From Nymphaea colorata (taxonomy: Eukaryota): a stretch of 64,000 nt of DNA. The stretch covers positions 34,038,001 to 34,102,000 of the forward strand of contig NC_045138.2 of NCBI RefSeq assembly GCF_008831285.2. The letters run 5' to 3'. The position numbers and the translations under genes are program-made. Below the pieces are notes generated by a model that was given only the letters and a program-made list of their open reading frames with translations, was not told where the DNA came from and made no database searches. Within the stretch, counting starts at the first letter, position 1. Each line of letters starts with the position of its first letter. Of this stretch, positions 51,895 through 64,000 are shown one piece after another.

Positions 51895-53330
51895 TCACCC
51901 AGCAGTGCCTCGTCCACCATTTCTTCTCATCTGTCTTGTTTGCTTCATGAAGCTTCCATGCCTACAATTTGATTAAATTTTTTAAAGCTGGCTGCATTTA
52001 ACTCGAGAACTTTGTGTAACAGAAGCATATTGAGAGATATTTACATGAAGCCAGTAGGTTATCAGCGATATCCAATTGGTGGAAGGAACTATTCTTCTGG
52101 CCACTAGAACTCCAAAGCTGAAAATATCTGATTTCGCAGAGTATTTCCCCATGCGTGCATGCTCACGCACACACACAGAGAGATTATAGTTTGTCAGCAC
52201 ATTCAGCATTCATTTGAAAAGGTTATGTCATTGAGATGCAGTATCGCACGGAGAATAGGTCTCCCAAGCCTTTATTACAAAATTTTAAAAGGGAAAAGGG
52301 CATGTCCTTGAGAATTGATTTCTTAGATGGTTACCAGAAAATCGATCAATTTGCAGAGTGTGAGCATACCCGACGATACCCAAGCTAGCTCAGTTTGAAA
52401 CCAAAGCCCTATAATTGGTAGCTGACTTATTTTTTAAATATATAATATTAATATTCTATACATATTTGGTTACACTTAATTATATTTGTATATTAAATTA
52501 CATTTTAGAATATATTTTTTTATTTTAGCCAACCCACGCTCAACCCTATGTGAAGAACCAGAGAAAGTATAGTCGGCAAAATGGGGTGCGCTTCCGACGA
52601 TGATTAAAAAAAAAAAAGTTGAAGAAAAGTAACATTCTGTAAACCGTTAAAAAAAAAAGTCCTTTTTCTTTCTAATAAATGGTCAAAATACCTCTTAGAG
52701 AGGTAGGAAGATAGGATGCTCATGGGCAATAAATACCATGCGCGTTTGTCCCTTGCTTGAACTCCCTAAAAACTTGTGTTGTGTGGAGTTGCGTGTGTGC
52801 TCGTTACTTGTAATACACCAAAAAGAAAACAGAGGGTATTTTGGTGATTATTTAAAATACAATGTCTTTTTCAATCATTTTACTTTTTTTGTCTTTTCAA
52901 AAACTTTTTTTTTTATTAATTAGGGTATTTTCGTTGTTAGTCATATTGACACCTCAACAATAAGTCTACCAGTATGACCTATATAATATAAAAAGGATGA
53001 CTCATTTTTATGCTTATACTTACGTAGTGTCTACTTGATTCTACAAATTTCATCATTTATATGCTTTTATTAACATTCTAATGCTTTTGATCAGAAAAAG
53101 ATCACTTTGCCTCTAAAATGTCGTGAGAATTGAAACGGACCTTTCCAATTTCCTGCGCATTAAGATCACGATCAACACATCGATGCCAAACAGGGCCCAA
53201 GGTCAAGAGAGACATTGAGAGAAACCATGTGTCTAAGAATTAAGAAACCTCACACTTGTACTATGGATCTGAATCTTATGGTCTGATCCAGATTTGGCAC
53301 AATCAGAAAATGCCCATTTACACCAGAAAA
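51895..53330 (-). pseudogene. Fossil CRK kinase exons downstream of the DUF26 gene
   Basis: Near 53310 gtaaatgggcattttctgat resembles the start of CRK exon 3 at about 61390; near 52150-52090 GKYSAKSDIFSFGVLV (subdomain IX); near 51960 tag|AWKL (start of last exon). The catalytic exons are absent. Confidence 0.7.
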
Positions 53331-53643
53331 AAAAACAAGGAAAAGAAAAGGAAAGAAATTGAAAGTGTAGGGTCCCCAGATAGTTTGCGCCTGACTGTGA
53401 TACCAAGCAGGAAACTACCATATCCAACAGACAATCAAACAAAGAGTATACGAAAAACAAAAAATAATTGACAGAAGCTCACTTTCACCCGGGCCGCGGG
53501 CTTCGCTTGAGACCTTCAACTTGGTTCACACCCAGCTAACACAAACTTGCCCCTAAAAATTTAAAAAGGAAACCACAATCTCTATCTCCACTCCCAATTA
53601 AGACGAACCCATTCTTCAGCATCATGGACCTCCGTTTCAGCGC

Positions 53644-55997
53644 TTAGCCAGATCTGCCACCGAACTCTTTTTTGTCCTTCTCATCATGTTGAGCATCATG
53701 AGTTTCTATTTCGGCCACCTTGGTGTTTGATCGCGCAGCGGAGCCGATTGGACTTATCGAAGTCGAAGTCTGATCGAGAGCTGCAGTTTCTGGTATTCCT
53801 GGAGTAACGGTGCCAGGTTCAGGAGCGTCTGCAAGGTTAGAGTGCTCCAGAAGGGTGCTGCCAATTTCACTTGGTAAGGCTGTGCCAACAGCATCATCTA
53901 GGTCCTTGTCATGGCGGTGAGAGGTAGGAGCCCCTAGAGTCTCATGATCGTGGCGGCCATGAACGACGACACCGTTGGTCGGTGGACAAAGAGCAGCGTG
54001 TGGGTGGATTGTGGTACTATGGCTTCCTTCTGAGGCCAGAGAGGTTTGGCCGATAAGAGTTTGTGAACAAGGGATTGGGGGTGGGGGAGCTAGCCTTAGC
54101 CATGCACCGAATACATTCATCATCCACTCAAGTGTAGTTCGGGATGTATGCAATGAGCCCTCCAGCCTTGCATGTGCAACGACCGAGTCCCTGAGTTCTC
54201 TCTCTAGCATGGCAACATGAACTGCAGTTTCTTTTTCTAGTGCCTGTGGTGCGTCAGTCTTTGGTGAACTTATAATTGCGTTTTTGCCTGTCCATGTTAC
54301 GTCGTCTGTCGTGGATTGTGAGACCACCATCTTGCCCTGCTGCCCGGAAATTTCTAGAGGTACAATACTCAAGCTTTCTGCTTGAACACTGCTTTGTTCT
54401 GCTCTTAAAGCCACTGCCCTGTTCAACTGCCGCTCTTGGTTGCTGTTCTGAACAAAGGGAAAAACCAGGATGAAGTTTAATTTCTTTGGGGTTCTCGGAT
54501 TTTACAAAAAAAGGTCGTGTTCAGACTATGAGACGAATTAATACCAGTGAAGAGCCAGCAACATGTTGCGACTTTTGATACCCAAGTCCTGTTGTTGTTG
54601 TGCCTTTCCCAGTGGGCGGATTTTCATCATCTAACCTGTCAGCCAGTTTATCATTCCCCTCCCCCTCTTTTTTGGATTCACCGCCGGCTTGTGGATTGCC
54701 ACCGAAAAGGTTGAATGGCCCAACGCCCAGTAATCCCGACGCTCCCTTGTTGACTCTGTTTTGCATCTCTTCTTTGCTGCCGAAAGGATTGGAGGGTCTA
54801 TAACCTGCTAGGCTTGAAGCTCCCCTTGAGATGCGGCCAACTATGCCTCCGCCGCCTGAACAGAAGTCACCAATATCGTTATGGACAATATGGGGTGTGT
54901 TTGGGTGAAAATTCAAATAGGGCGCAAAGAGAAGGAGGGGGCGTAATTGTAAAGGCTAGCTTGCTCGTACCTCGTGACGATGAATATAACCAAAAGCCTG
55001 TACCGATGAGAGCAACAATTCCTACATTCTCGGTGGCAGATAATATAGCGGCTTTCGAGGTTTCTGATAGTGCAGCCCAACCACCTGCAAAGTGTACATA
55101 TCATGGCATTGCCATTTATGATTTGGTGAAATTCTGTTGAAGGAGAAATTTGTGCACTAAAACGGCTTTTTCTTTTGGGAATTCATGTATACCTTTTGAA
55201 CGTTCTTGAGGTGCAGGAGTGGGAGTAGGTGCCAGAGAAGTTGCTGCTGGTATTACTGGCGACGACTTAAATGTGAAGTTGAAGATGCTGAAACTCATGT
55301 AACAACTGCCAAGAAGAAACAATCCACTCGTCTTCCCCTCGCAGCAGCTGTTGATGCTCTCCATGGCATCCTGCAGACAGGCCTTACATTCACTGGTCTC
55401 AACATCACCAGTACACTGCGCTAATCCACTTAGCTTCTGCGACGTCCCCGGTATTCCAACTCCAGCCCTGGCAAACCTTGGGTTCGAAGCAATTGTGCTA
55501 GACGTCAGATTGCTCAAGAAACTGAGCAGAAAGCTACCTAGCGCTTGGGGCTGAGCATTTTTAGTTGCATTACAAATACAACCCTTGTTATCATAATCGA
55601 CCTTACCAGAGATCTCTCCATTAAAGAAGTGTAACAAGCAATCATCTGTCCATACTACCCCCTGTGAATCATTTGGGCAGATATGGTGCAGTTTTGAGCC
55701 GAAGTTTGCTGCGCATTTTTCACACGTATCTGTGCTATTGATGTCTCCTCTACACTGAAGGAGTAGGCTTGCTTGGTCCGGGTAGTCTCCAACCGTTAAG
55801 TTGGTGAAGCCATGGGTGATAGGCTCGTTTGACAAAGAGTTGATCGCAAGCTCTAGGTTTTGTACAAACCCACTGGAGGCTTCTGCGCCAGTACAAGAAG
55901 AGTGCAAGTACGAGTCAGATGGGGTGCTCAGAAACAGCAGAATGGAGAAGACAGAAAGAAAGGGAGATGAGAGAAAAGACGGGGGGAAGCAATTCAT
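53644..55997 (-). CDS. CRK-derived 2xDUF26 receptor-like protein; predicted exons 55997-55193, 55084-54971, 54855-54545, 54447-53644; 677 aa with a non-kinase cytoplasmic region
   Basis: Exon 1 is secure: signal peptide, C-x9-C-x2-C (QCRGDINSTDTCEKC), C-x8-C-x2-C (QCTGDVETSECKAC) and a Pro-rich stalk; TATA near 56055. Exons 2-4 are inferred from GT-AG introns of 108, 115 and 97 bp with phases 1, 1 and 0 that give one open frame. Confidence 0.65.
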
Positions 55998-56954
55998 GGT
56001 TGCTCTGTTTCTAATTCAATTCGTGTTGAGATGAGTTGGTTGGCCATTGCCCATATATAAAGCTTCCACTAGGAGATGCTACAGTGCCCAGATATTTTAT
56101 GTGGCAGATACATTGGACCCTAGTTATCCTCATGGATATTATTACCTACTAATTTGATCTTTAAAACAGTTGATCGGTTGGACAAATCATAAACTTATAC
56201 CTTTTCTTAATGAAAGAAAGTAACGAGCATTTCCAGGACAGCGGGAGCGCCACGTCTACTTCGCTGCAGGACTATGTTTCAGATAGACCTGAGTACTTTG
56301 AAGAAAATTGAAAGTGCAACACTTGACTTGTGAGGCCCTCATACATGATACTAGAAAATTCAGAAACCTGAGTCCCCTTTTCAAAAAATTATCACAAAAC
56401 TGGAGTCCTCTAAAAAGATAGAATCGTTCTACAACATTTCTTTTTAAATGATGGGGATGCATCAGAACTTTCTTTTCATGTTAAGTAAACTTTTTGAGGA
56501 ATAATGTTCTTAAAGTAGTCAATATGTTGTTATATATGTTTGGGCCGATAAACTTGAGTCGATATTGGGATCTGCTATTTCTTATTCAAAAATCAAGTAC
56601 TTTATTTAACCAAAAAAATGACACGTAATGACGACACTGGATACGTGGCCAATATTGAAACATTGCTTTTAAAGGCCTTTTATCAAAGTTCCATTTTAGC
56701 TGGACTTCTTTCATTAGAGATGGAGAAGGGACCTACTGCTAGAGTTTGGAGAGAAGATCAATTATGGATTTCACGGAGAGAAAAACTACTGGGACTCTTG
56801 ACCCGAGTAATAGATCTCTCCTTTCTTGGTCCTCAGGGAGGGGACGGTCGCGACCTTGCTAGAGAATGGGGAGTCACTGGGATGAGTTCAAAGTATTCCA
56901 ACCAACAAGTACTCGACAATGTTATTGTTTTCTACTAATTGTCTAATATTGTGC

Positions 56955-56958
<4 letters not shown>

Positions 56959-57026
<68 letters not shown>
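56959..57026 (+). repeat. (TA)34 microsatellite
   Basis: Directly visible. Shorter (TA)n tracts occur near 23109, 35143 and 47615. Confidence 0.97.
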
Positions 57027-57028
<2 letters not shown>

Positions 57029-59571
57029 TGGCAGTGGTAGAGCCACATATAAGCTCAGGGGGACACCTCCCTTGTACTTTTAGAAACATTTATGCAAACA
57101 TACATATTTACGCGACTTTCCAATAATAAATTTACATATTTTTTTCTGTTCATTACATGTTTGTGCCTCTCACCACTTTTTTTGGTGGTGCAAGGAGAGT
57201 AAATTAACCATACATGGTATAATAAAACTCATCTAAGAGTGTTACTAATCATTGGCCTTCTACAAGATATATATAATGGCATTGGCCAGTGGCCCAAACA
57301 GAAAACTCTAAATTTAAATTTCAAATTTTCAAAGACACTCATACGTAAAAACTGAAAATTAATAACTTTCTATTTATTTTAAATTTTATGGGCTGGTGCG
57401 TGGAAGGAGCAAACATCGACATTTGGAAGAGGTAGCTTTCGATTCTCCTTTAAAGAGTTTGCACTACTGTGCCTTTTGGAGAAAGGGAAAAAGACGAACA
57501 ATGACTTCCTGTCACCTTTTGCTTTCTGCTTCTTAAATCTCGTTTTCTTAATTCTAGTGTACTTAACAAAAGCTTTTCATACAAAAATGAGATTTCATTA
57601 ATTAAAACTATTCGCTACAAAACATAAAATGTAGAGGGAAATCCTCAAAATATATGGAATCCACGATAGTCGCAAGACTTCGATGTTGCATTTGATCAAG
57701 CGAGTCTTCTCAGTGTTGGCACCTTTCGAGCAGCCTAACTGAAATAACAACACGAGATCCCAATCTGACCTTATCAACCACAATTCTCTCCATAATATAA
57801 TAGGTCTGGCCTTATCTCACCTTCAGAAGCTTCAACAATTCCATTCAAAAGGACCTTCAAGATCAGATTGAAAGGAGTGCTTTCTAACATGGTCCACTTT
57901 CTTGGTAAAGGAAAAACCTTCATCATCTCAATGCAAACTCGACAATCTTTATATCAAACAAAAGTAGTGATTATCTCCGCTCCGCCTCATCAAGTGCTTA
58001 TTAACCACCTTATCTTTTGGGGGCGTTGGAGTGAACGAATCGTCCGATGTGAATCTATTTGCTTGAGAATCCATTAGAAAGCTGCTGGCTTTTTGCTGTT
58101 AGGTGTTTGTGCACCAGCTACTGGCACCGCTTATCAACTAGTCTCCTGTTGAATGACTAAGACATTCTCATGTTGTTTTCAGGCAACAAGCCAAATGACG
58201 ATGTTAAAATTTTCTTACATCCCGATTGTCGATTCTGGGAATCAGAGTTCTCTCCTTAGCGCGGATCCATGGGGCTAAATGACGTTAAGGGGGACAAACA
58301 ATGAGCCAGTCTAGCCTGTTAAGTAGATACCTACTAGATATCTGTTTTTTAACTAACTCCTTATTTATTTTTTATTTTCAGGGTGAGTGTTTATATTTTC
58401 TCGACTCCAAAGAGAGGCCGTAGCTCCCACTGTGCCCTTCGTCTCTGCGCTTCCTAAATCATGCTTTAGGACTTTTGTACTGTTCAAAAGAGTAATACAG
58501 TAATTCGTGACAGTCACCATGGGTTTTGTAATACAGTCCTCCTTTAGAGTGGACCAACTTCGACCCAGTTGTGCTACATTCGTTGGCGCTACCTACTATA
58601 TTGGGTTCTGGCTAAGCACATAATCCGAAGGTTGGGCTTCATAGACTCGCCCGTTGAGCTTGTGCTGATTAATTTGGCCAAACTGCTTAGATGGACCTGT
58701 GCATATGGCTCAAAAAAGGTTCTCCGCTCTTCAGCCCACGAATCACACGGGACCCTGTTCAGCCATGGCCTATCTGATCACCTGGATGCTGCGGCTACTC
58801 CACGATACGTTGGCATAAGGAGCATGAAGATTAAACTCCAGCATGAGATTAAATGTGGATGTCAGCACTTTCAGATATAATTCAATATTCATTCAAGTCC
58901 AAAATCCAGTAGTTGGATACATCCGGTTTTTCTTACTGAATCCAACAAGTATCTGATTCTCAGGGTTGATATTATTTTGCAGGTCATGCTCAATAACTCA
59001 GTACTGGTGGTGGAACACCTTTCCTGCTATAACAAACCATGACATCCACTCTCCTTGCCTTCGTATGCCTACCTAATTTGTACAGTTAGGAGGACATCAC
59101 GCCGCACTGTCTTGTATCATCCAAAATCATGTACCTACATACAGTCGTAACACGGTTTCCTCTTGTAAAAACTTTTCTGATTTCGTGCTAGACAGGTCTA
59201 CCTCGTCCAATGGTCTATGATCATTTAGGAATGCATTTTATGCCAAGTTTCAGGGGAGTGCCTTTATTTCGTATGCCAAAGAGGAGAAAGCGCTTAGTTT
59301 CAAACTTTCCAGAAAATTGTGTTAGTGAACTGATGTAAGATCCATGTGAAGCTTTGTAAAGTGTAAAATAAATAATAAGTGGTATACACGATCTCAAACA
59401 GTTGCAAACTTATACTAGTGAATTGGGAATGTAACCATGGCATAAGTAGAGTAATAATCCTCTGCATCTAGAAAATAATACGGAGAAGTATGCTAAAACT
59501 ACATTTAACATAAAACTTTTTACATGGAATAAATCATGGCCAAGTGACCTCTGATTTCAGAGGCAATGTTG

Positions 59572-59698
59572 TCATAATTGTATGCAATAATAGCTTTATC
59601 ACTCACTTGGATTGGTTAAGTTACTTGCACTGTGTTCTCATAATTGTATGCAATAATAGCTTTATCACTCACTTGGATTGGTTAAGTTACTTGCACTG
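59572..59698 (+). repeat. Perfect 61-bp direct duplication (66-bp period) at the 3' end of the CRK pseudogene
   Basis: tcataattgtatgcaataatagctttatcactcacttggattggttaagttacttgcactg at 59572 and 59638. Confidence 0.92.
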
Positions 59699-61404
59699 AT
59701 GCCTGAACTGCATGAAAAAAAATGTACCCTTGCTCCATTCTAAGAAGAATGGAGATAAAGGCATTGGAAGTGTTACAGAGGTACTATTTACCATCATAAC
59801 AAGAGATGACATTGTTGGTCTGTGACTTGGATTCTCTTGCACACACAATAAACCAATATGAATGCACCTTAAAGCTTCAACCTTTGGACATGAGTCTAAC
59901 AATGTCAGATCCATCAACTCCAGCATCTTCCTTTCTTCCCAAAGCTTCCAGGCCTACATATTACAACAAATCTGATCGTCAAGAAGAACTCAATTTTTTA
60001 CAATGAACTGATATGCTCATAGCCAATCAAACAAAATAGTACTTACATAGCTAAAATGATCTTGGTCCCCTAACTCATCGAATGCTGTGCTCTTTTTACC
60101 ACTTACAATCTCTAGCAGAAATACCCCAAAGCCATATACATCTAATTTTGTAGAAAGCAAAACTGAATGCTAGACAATTTTCTTTTTGCACTGCAAAGCG
60201 TTACAGAGACTGACCTTTATACATTCTAAGCAGCATGTGTATCAAGTAAATTTCAATGAAATGTTGTTTAAGCAAATACTGTTCGACATGGAAAACTTGG
60301 AGAAAAAGAAGGATAGTTAGTAACTTACAGTTAAAAGGTTGTTGTTTCTAGGCCATGCATGTGCTATAAGTACATAACAATAGCACTTAGAATGGTAAAC
60401 AAGAAAGAACTTACTATGTCCCAGCAATTTTTGAGGTATCACAATGCGTTTGGTCCATGGTAAGAAGCCTTGCCAACCCAAGTCTGCAATCTTAGGGTTC
60501 AGGTTCCTATCTAACAAAACATTGCTAGCTTTCACATCCCTGTGAACAACTGTGAGACGAGAATCCACATGAAGATATTGAAGCCCTCTAGCAACACCTT
60601 TAATGATCTCCAAAAGCTGTTTCCAGCTCAATTCTGCACGCCTGTCAGGATCTACCACACATAGCAAACCAACAATAAAGACGAAAAACATAAAGATGAT
60701 ATCTGCCACAGGAAAAAGTTACAGGGAATGATCTTCTACGAATATAATGAACATATTGGTCCATCTTCTGATCTCCTACGAATATAATGAACATATTGGT
60801 CCATCTAGAAGATGTCGTAATGATGAACCAGGATAAAGTTGGAGCCTATGTGTGGGTACCATTTATGGTTGCTATGGGTGCTCTGCTTTCATCATGCTTA
60901 CAGTGGATGAAACAAATGAAGATCTCCTAAAGCAGCAGCAAACTTGACTTCCATAAAACAACCGTGCATATCCTTCCACAATACGTATGAGTTTTAACTC
61001 ATCGAAGATAAATTTGTCAAGGCTCGAATTAGGCACATATTGATAGACAAGTATATTCTCATCTCCTTCCGAACAACAACCTAATATACGAACTAGATTC
61101 TTGTGCTCAAGCTTCGCAACCAACTGCACCTCATTCTTTAATTCTGTTTTCCCTTGTGCGGAGAACATAGAGAGTTTTTTTATTGCTATTTCTTGTCCAT
61201 CTTCTAGCTTTCCCAGTCATTGTTGGCACAAAAATCAAAGACTCTAAACAAGTAAAGTTAAGAATATATTTTATTTGCTGTAAAGAATTACCTTATATGC
61301 TGGGTCAAATCCACCTTCTCCAAGCTTATTTTCTTGAGAGAAGTTATTTGTGGCAGCTTTTATTGTGTCTAAATCGAACATTAGAAAATCCCCATTTGGG
61401 ATGC
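59687..61404 (-). pseudogene. Cysteine-rich receptor-like kinase (CRK) kinase-domain pseudogene
   Basis: Exons 61404-61292 ([29 protein letters not shown]), 61213-61003 (211 bp; acceptor CTG, donor ATGAGT), 60651-60415 (237 bp; HRDVKASN, 1-nt deletion at DFG), partial ~60160-60047 lacking GYMAPEY, and 59953-59687 (CIHIGLLCVQENPSHRPTMS). Confidence 0.9.
60730..60806 (+). repeat. 40-bp tandem duplication in a CRK pseudogene intron
   Basis: gatct.ctacgaatataatgaacatattggtccatct occurs twice. Confidence 0.85.
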
Positions 61405-64000
61405 CTGTGTTAGTTGCACGTGAATAACCACTTACAGAGTGTCAGGGATCGTTGAAACTGCTTTATAATATGCTAAAACGAGTCATTGAGAAATTTGCCA
61501 GTCACTGTTACCTCACTTGGCATGTTCACACCATAGGAATTTAACCACAAGCAATGCATACGTGGACTTTTTGGGGGAGCACAAGACAAACATAGCCAAT
61601 TCGTATCCCTTCTCGTCTCTTATCATCTGCATTGATTTGTGGATGGGACAAATATTTGCCAACATAGATTCATTGAGAAGGAATATATGCAATCTATAAA
61701 CCGGAAGCATATAGACTGGGTTAGATGAGATTAACTTTGATTAAGGTGGATAATTTCTTGCTTAAACCTATTCTTGCTCAAATTATTGGTATGCCTAGCT
61801 ACTTAGGTGGCATTTAATGCCAGTATTAATATTAAATCCTAAAATGTCCATCTTTATTTTCAAATACATCAAGACACAAGCTTTTTTACTTACATATAGC
61901 TTTCAAATTTGATTTATTTCCCGCCTCCGTACTAGCACTATATTTTCCATTACATAAGTTTATGACGATGGTGGATGTGCGGGGTCATTGGCCAAACTCT
62001 ATTTTCTTAAATGAAGCACAACTTAGGAAAATTTAGATACGGATAATAGAACTTTGGGCAATACAGCTGGTACTGCTAAATATTAGGCAATATTTGATGT
62101 CAACACTAATATTAAAACCTAAAATTACCATCCTTGTTATCGACACATTGAAACTTGAGTGTTTTAACTTGTATGTGTACTGTTGCCTAAAATATTATTT
62201 GTGGTATCTTTTCTTCTCAGATGTATTTTTTTCTTTAAATTTGATTGTTGAAGGACGAGTTTCAGTGTCCTACTGAGCTTGCTAAGGGTGATCTCAAGTT
62301 TTTTCAATCCCAGGCTTGCAAATGTATGGCAGATGGTGAAGGCGCTCCTTCACTTGGTTTTCTTAAAAGAATTTTATGTTACATGTATGGTTCATCATTT
62401 CTACTTGATTTTTTTGTGATTTTAGTTATATACCTTTTTGCTATCAGGTTGATTTAAGCAAAAAGAATGCCGGAATAAACGTAACGTGTAAGTCCCACAA
62501 AGAAGATCCGTGCCTGGAATCCCTAGGCTTGGGTTTCCATCAATGCTAATGTCCATTCTATTGCTGCAAATTGTGGGAAATGAGCTTGGCCATGCTTCAC
62601 GATAAATCCTTGATGCGATCCCGAATAGCACTTCTAGTTGTCAATAGAAAAACAGTCACATGATGTGTTTGCCCTGTGTGATGTGCTCTATCAATAGCTT
62701 GATCTTCAATCGTTGGGTTCAACTATAGGTCCAACAAGGCAATATGAACCATGTTCACACCATTCACACCTGTTCAGAAAATGGCTTCTCGAATATGTAA
62801 ATATATGGTCATTAAGCGACAGTAAAATTATATGAACATTCCAGTTATACAACAGGCAAAAGTCATTTCCATTCAAGTCTTCCTTTGTAATTCATAGATG
62901 AGTTCTTCAACGAAAAGTTGGCGTTTCTTGATATAAAGCAATTGCTGTTGGTCATACACAAGAAAAACCGGCTTCTGAAATAAAATATTAATTTTTCCTC
63001 CCATGGCGGAAGAGGTCTGCGCTAATTATCAATGCAAGCAAATGATCCTTCTAGTCCTCTGACTTTGACCCCCAATCCACCACCGCCAACACTTTCCGTA
63101 AATTGAATATCTCTGAAACGAATTGAAAACGAAGGAAACTTCCACAGGCAAGAGTGACAAAAAATATGAAGTCGATTACTCAGTGACCAGACTATAATGA
63201 TGTTAATAATCTCAGCGGCAATAATCATGTCAAGCTGGAAACTTGGAACTGCTTGAGAGAAAACAGGCACGATTGTTTTGGTTTCATCTCTTGAAATTTT
63301 GATTATTCTATCTGTATCAGTTTCCTTACTCCTTGTTTCTTGGTAGTACGATCATCAATTAGTGGAGGAACAAGAAGAATCGGCAATGGCACACGCACAC
63401 ACACAGAGGGAGACAATATGCGCCTTACCTCAGTCGAACAAACCTGAAGAAGAATCGAGGAGGGAAGGAAGGAAGGAAGCTTCCTTGCGGAGAAAAAAAG
63501 TGGGGAGGCTTCTGCAGCCTCCAGAATTCTTCTTCTAGGGGAGGGGAAGCAGTTGGGTGGGTATTGATCTCCTGCTATTATTCCAGATTCTCATTCTTCC
63601 ATGGTGTCGGCGGCAGACCAAAGACCCTTGCACTGAAATGCATGAAAATCTTTCCCCTCATCCTCTCTCCGTTTCGCTCTGTCTCTCTGCATCCCCACAT
63701 ATAAATGGATCGAATCAGACAGGTAGACAATTGACAATCACAGTTATCCAATTGAACTATTGACTTTAGTGAATGAAAATGTACATGACCATATTTAATT
63801 GAAAAGGATGCATTAGCAGGGCATATTTTTTATGAACATATGAATTGCACAGTTGGGGTCATATCTCTGCAGTTTATATATGTCATTTCCAGTTCTACTG
63901 CTGATCAAACATTAGGAATCGTCGTATTATATTTTTTCTAAACCAAACATTATTTTCTTTAAACATGTATTATGAAAATATGTATTCCAAAAACATAAAG

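Noticed and set aside
53469..54870. Target-site duplication around the novel CRK tail (tgacagaagctcac / tgaacagaagtcac)
   Set aside because: It needs two indels in 14 nt, and the second copy is the splice acceptor itself; too weak to call.

Overview
Flowering-plant nuclear DNA: AT-rich, intron-containing and fairly gene-dense. Intact genes in order are PsbQ (-), a C-terminal-motor kinesin-14 of ATK1/ATK5 type (+), PNSL3 (-), a PLS-E PPR protein (+), thioredoxin-like CXXS1 (+), a small Met-Cys-starting Pro-rich membrane protein (+), an ILR3-like subgroup IVc bHLH (+), a uclacyanin (-), a TauE/SafE membrane protein (-) and tRNA-Cys(GCA) (-). A decaying tandem cysteine-rich receptor kinase (CRK) region follows. 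The most striking observation is at 53644-55997 (-): a signal peptide/2xDUF26 exon and a TM-like exon can be spliced through three short GT-AG introns, in frame, onto two unrelated non-kinase exons. That gives an open 677-aa chimeric receptor-like protein, while kinase exons survive only as fossils downstream. Other points of note: PsbQ and its NDH paralog PNSL3 lie about 12 kb apart with the same exon architecture; PNSL3 needs a GC-AG intron; the bHLH has a divergent C-terminal degron and an upstream E-box cluster; there is a dimer of tRNA-like units, a 3x89-bp tandem repeat, MITEs and copia relics. Exon boundaries were derived by hand and are not supported by expression data.
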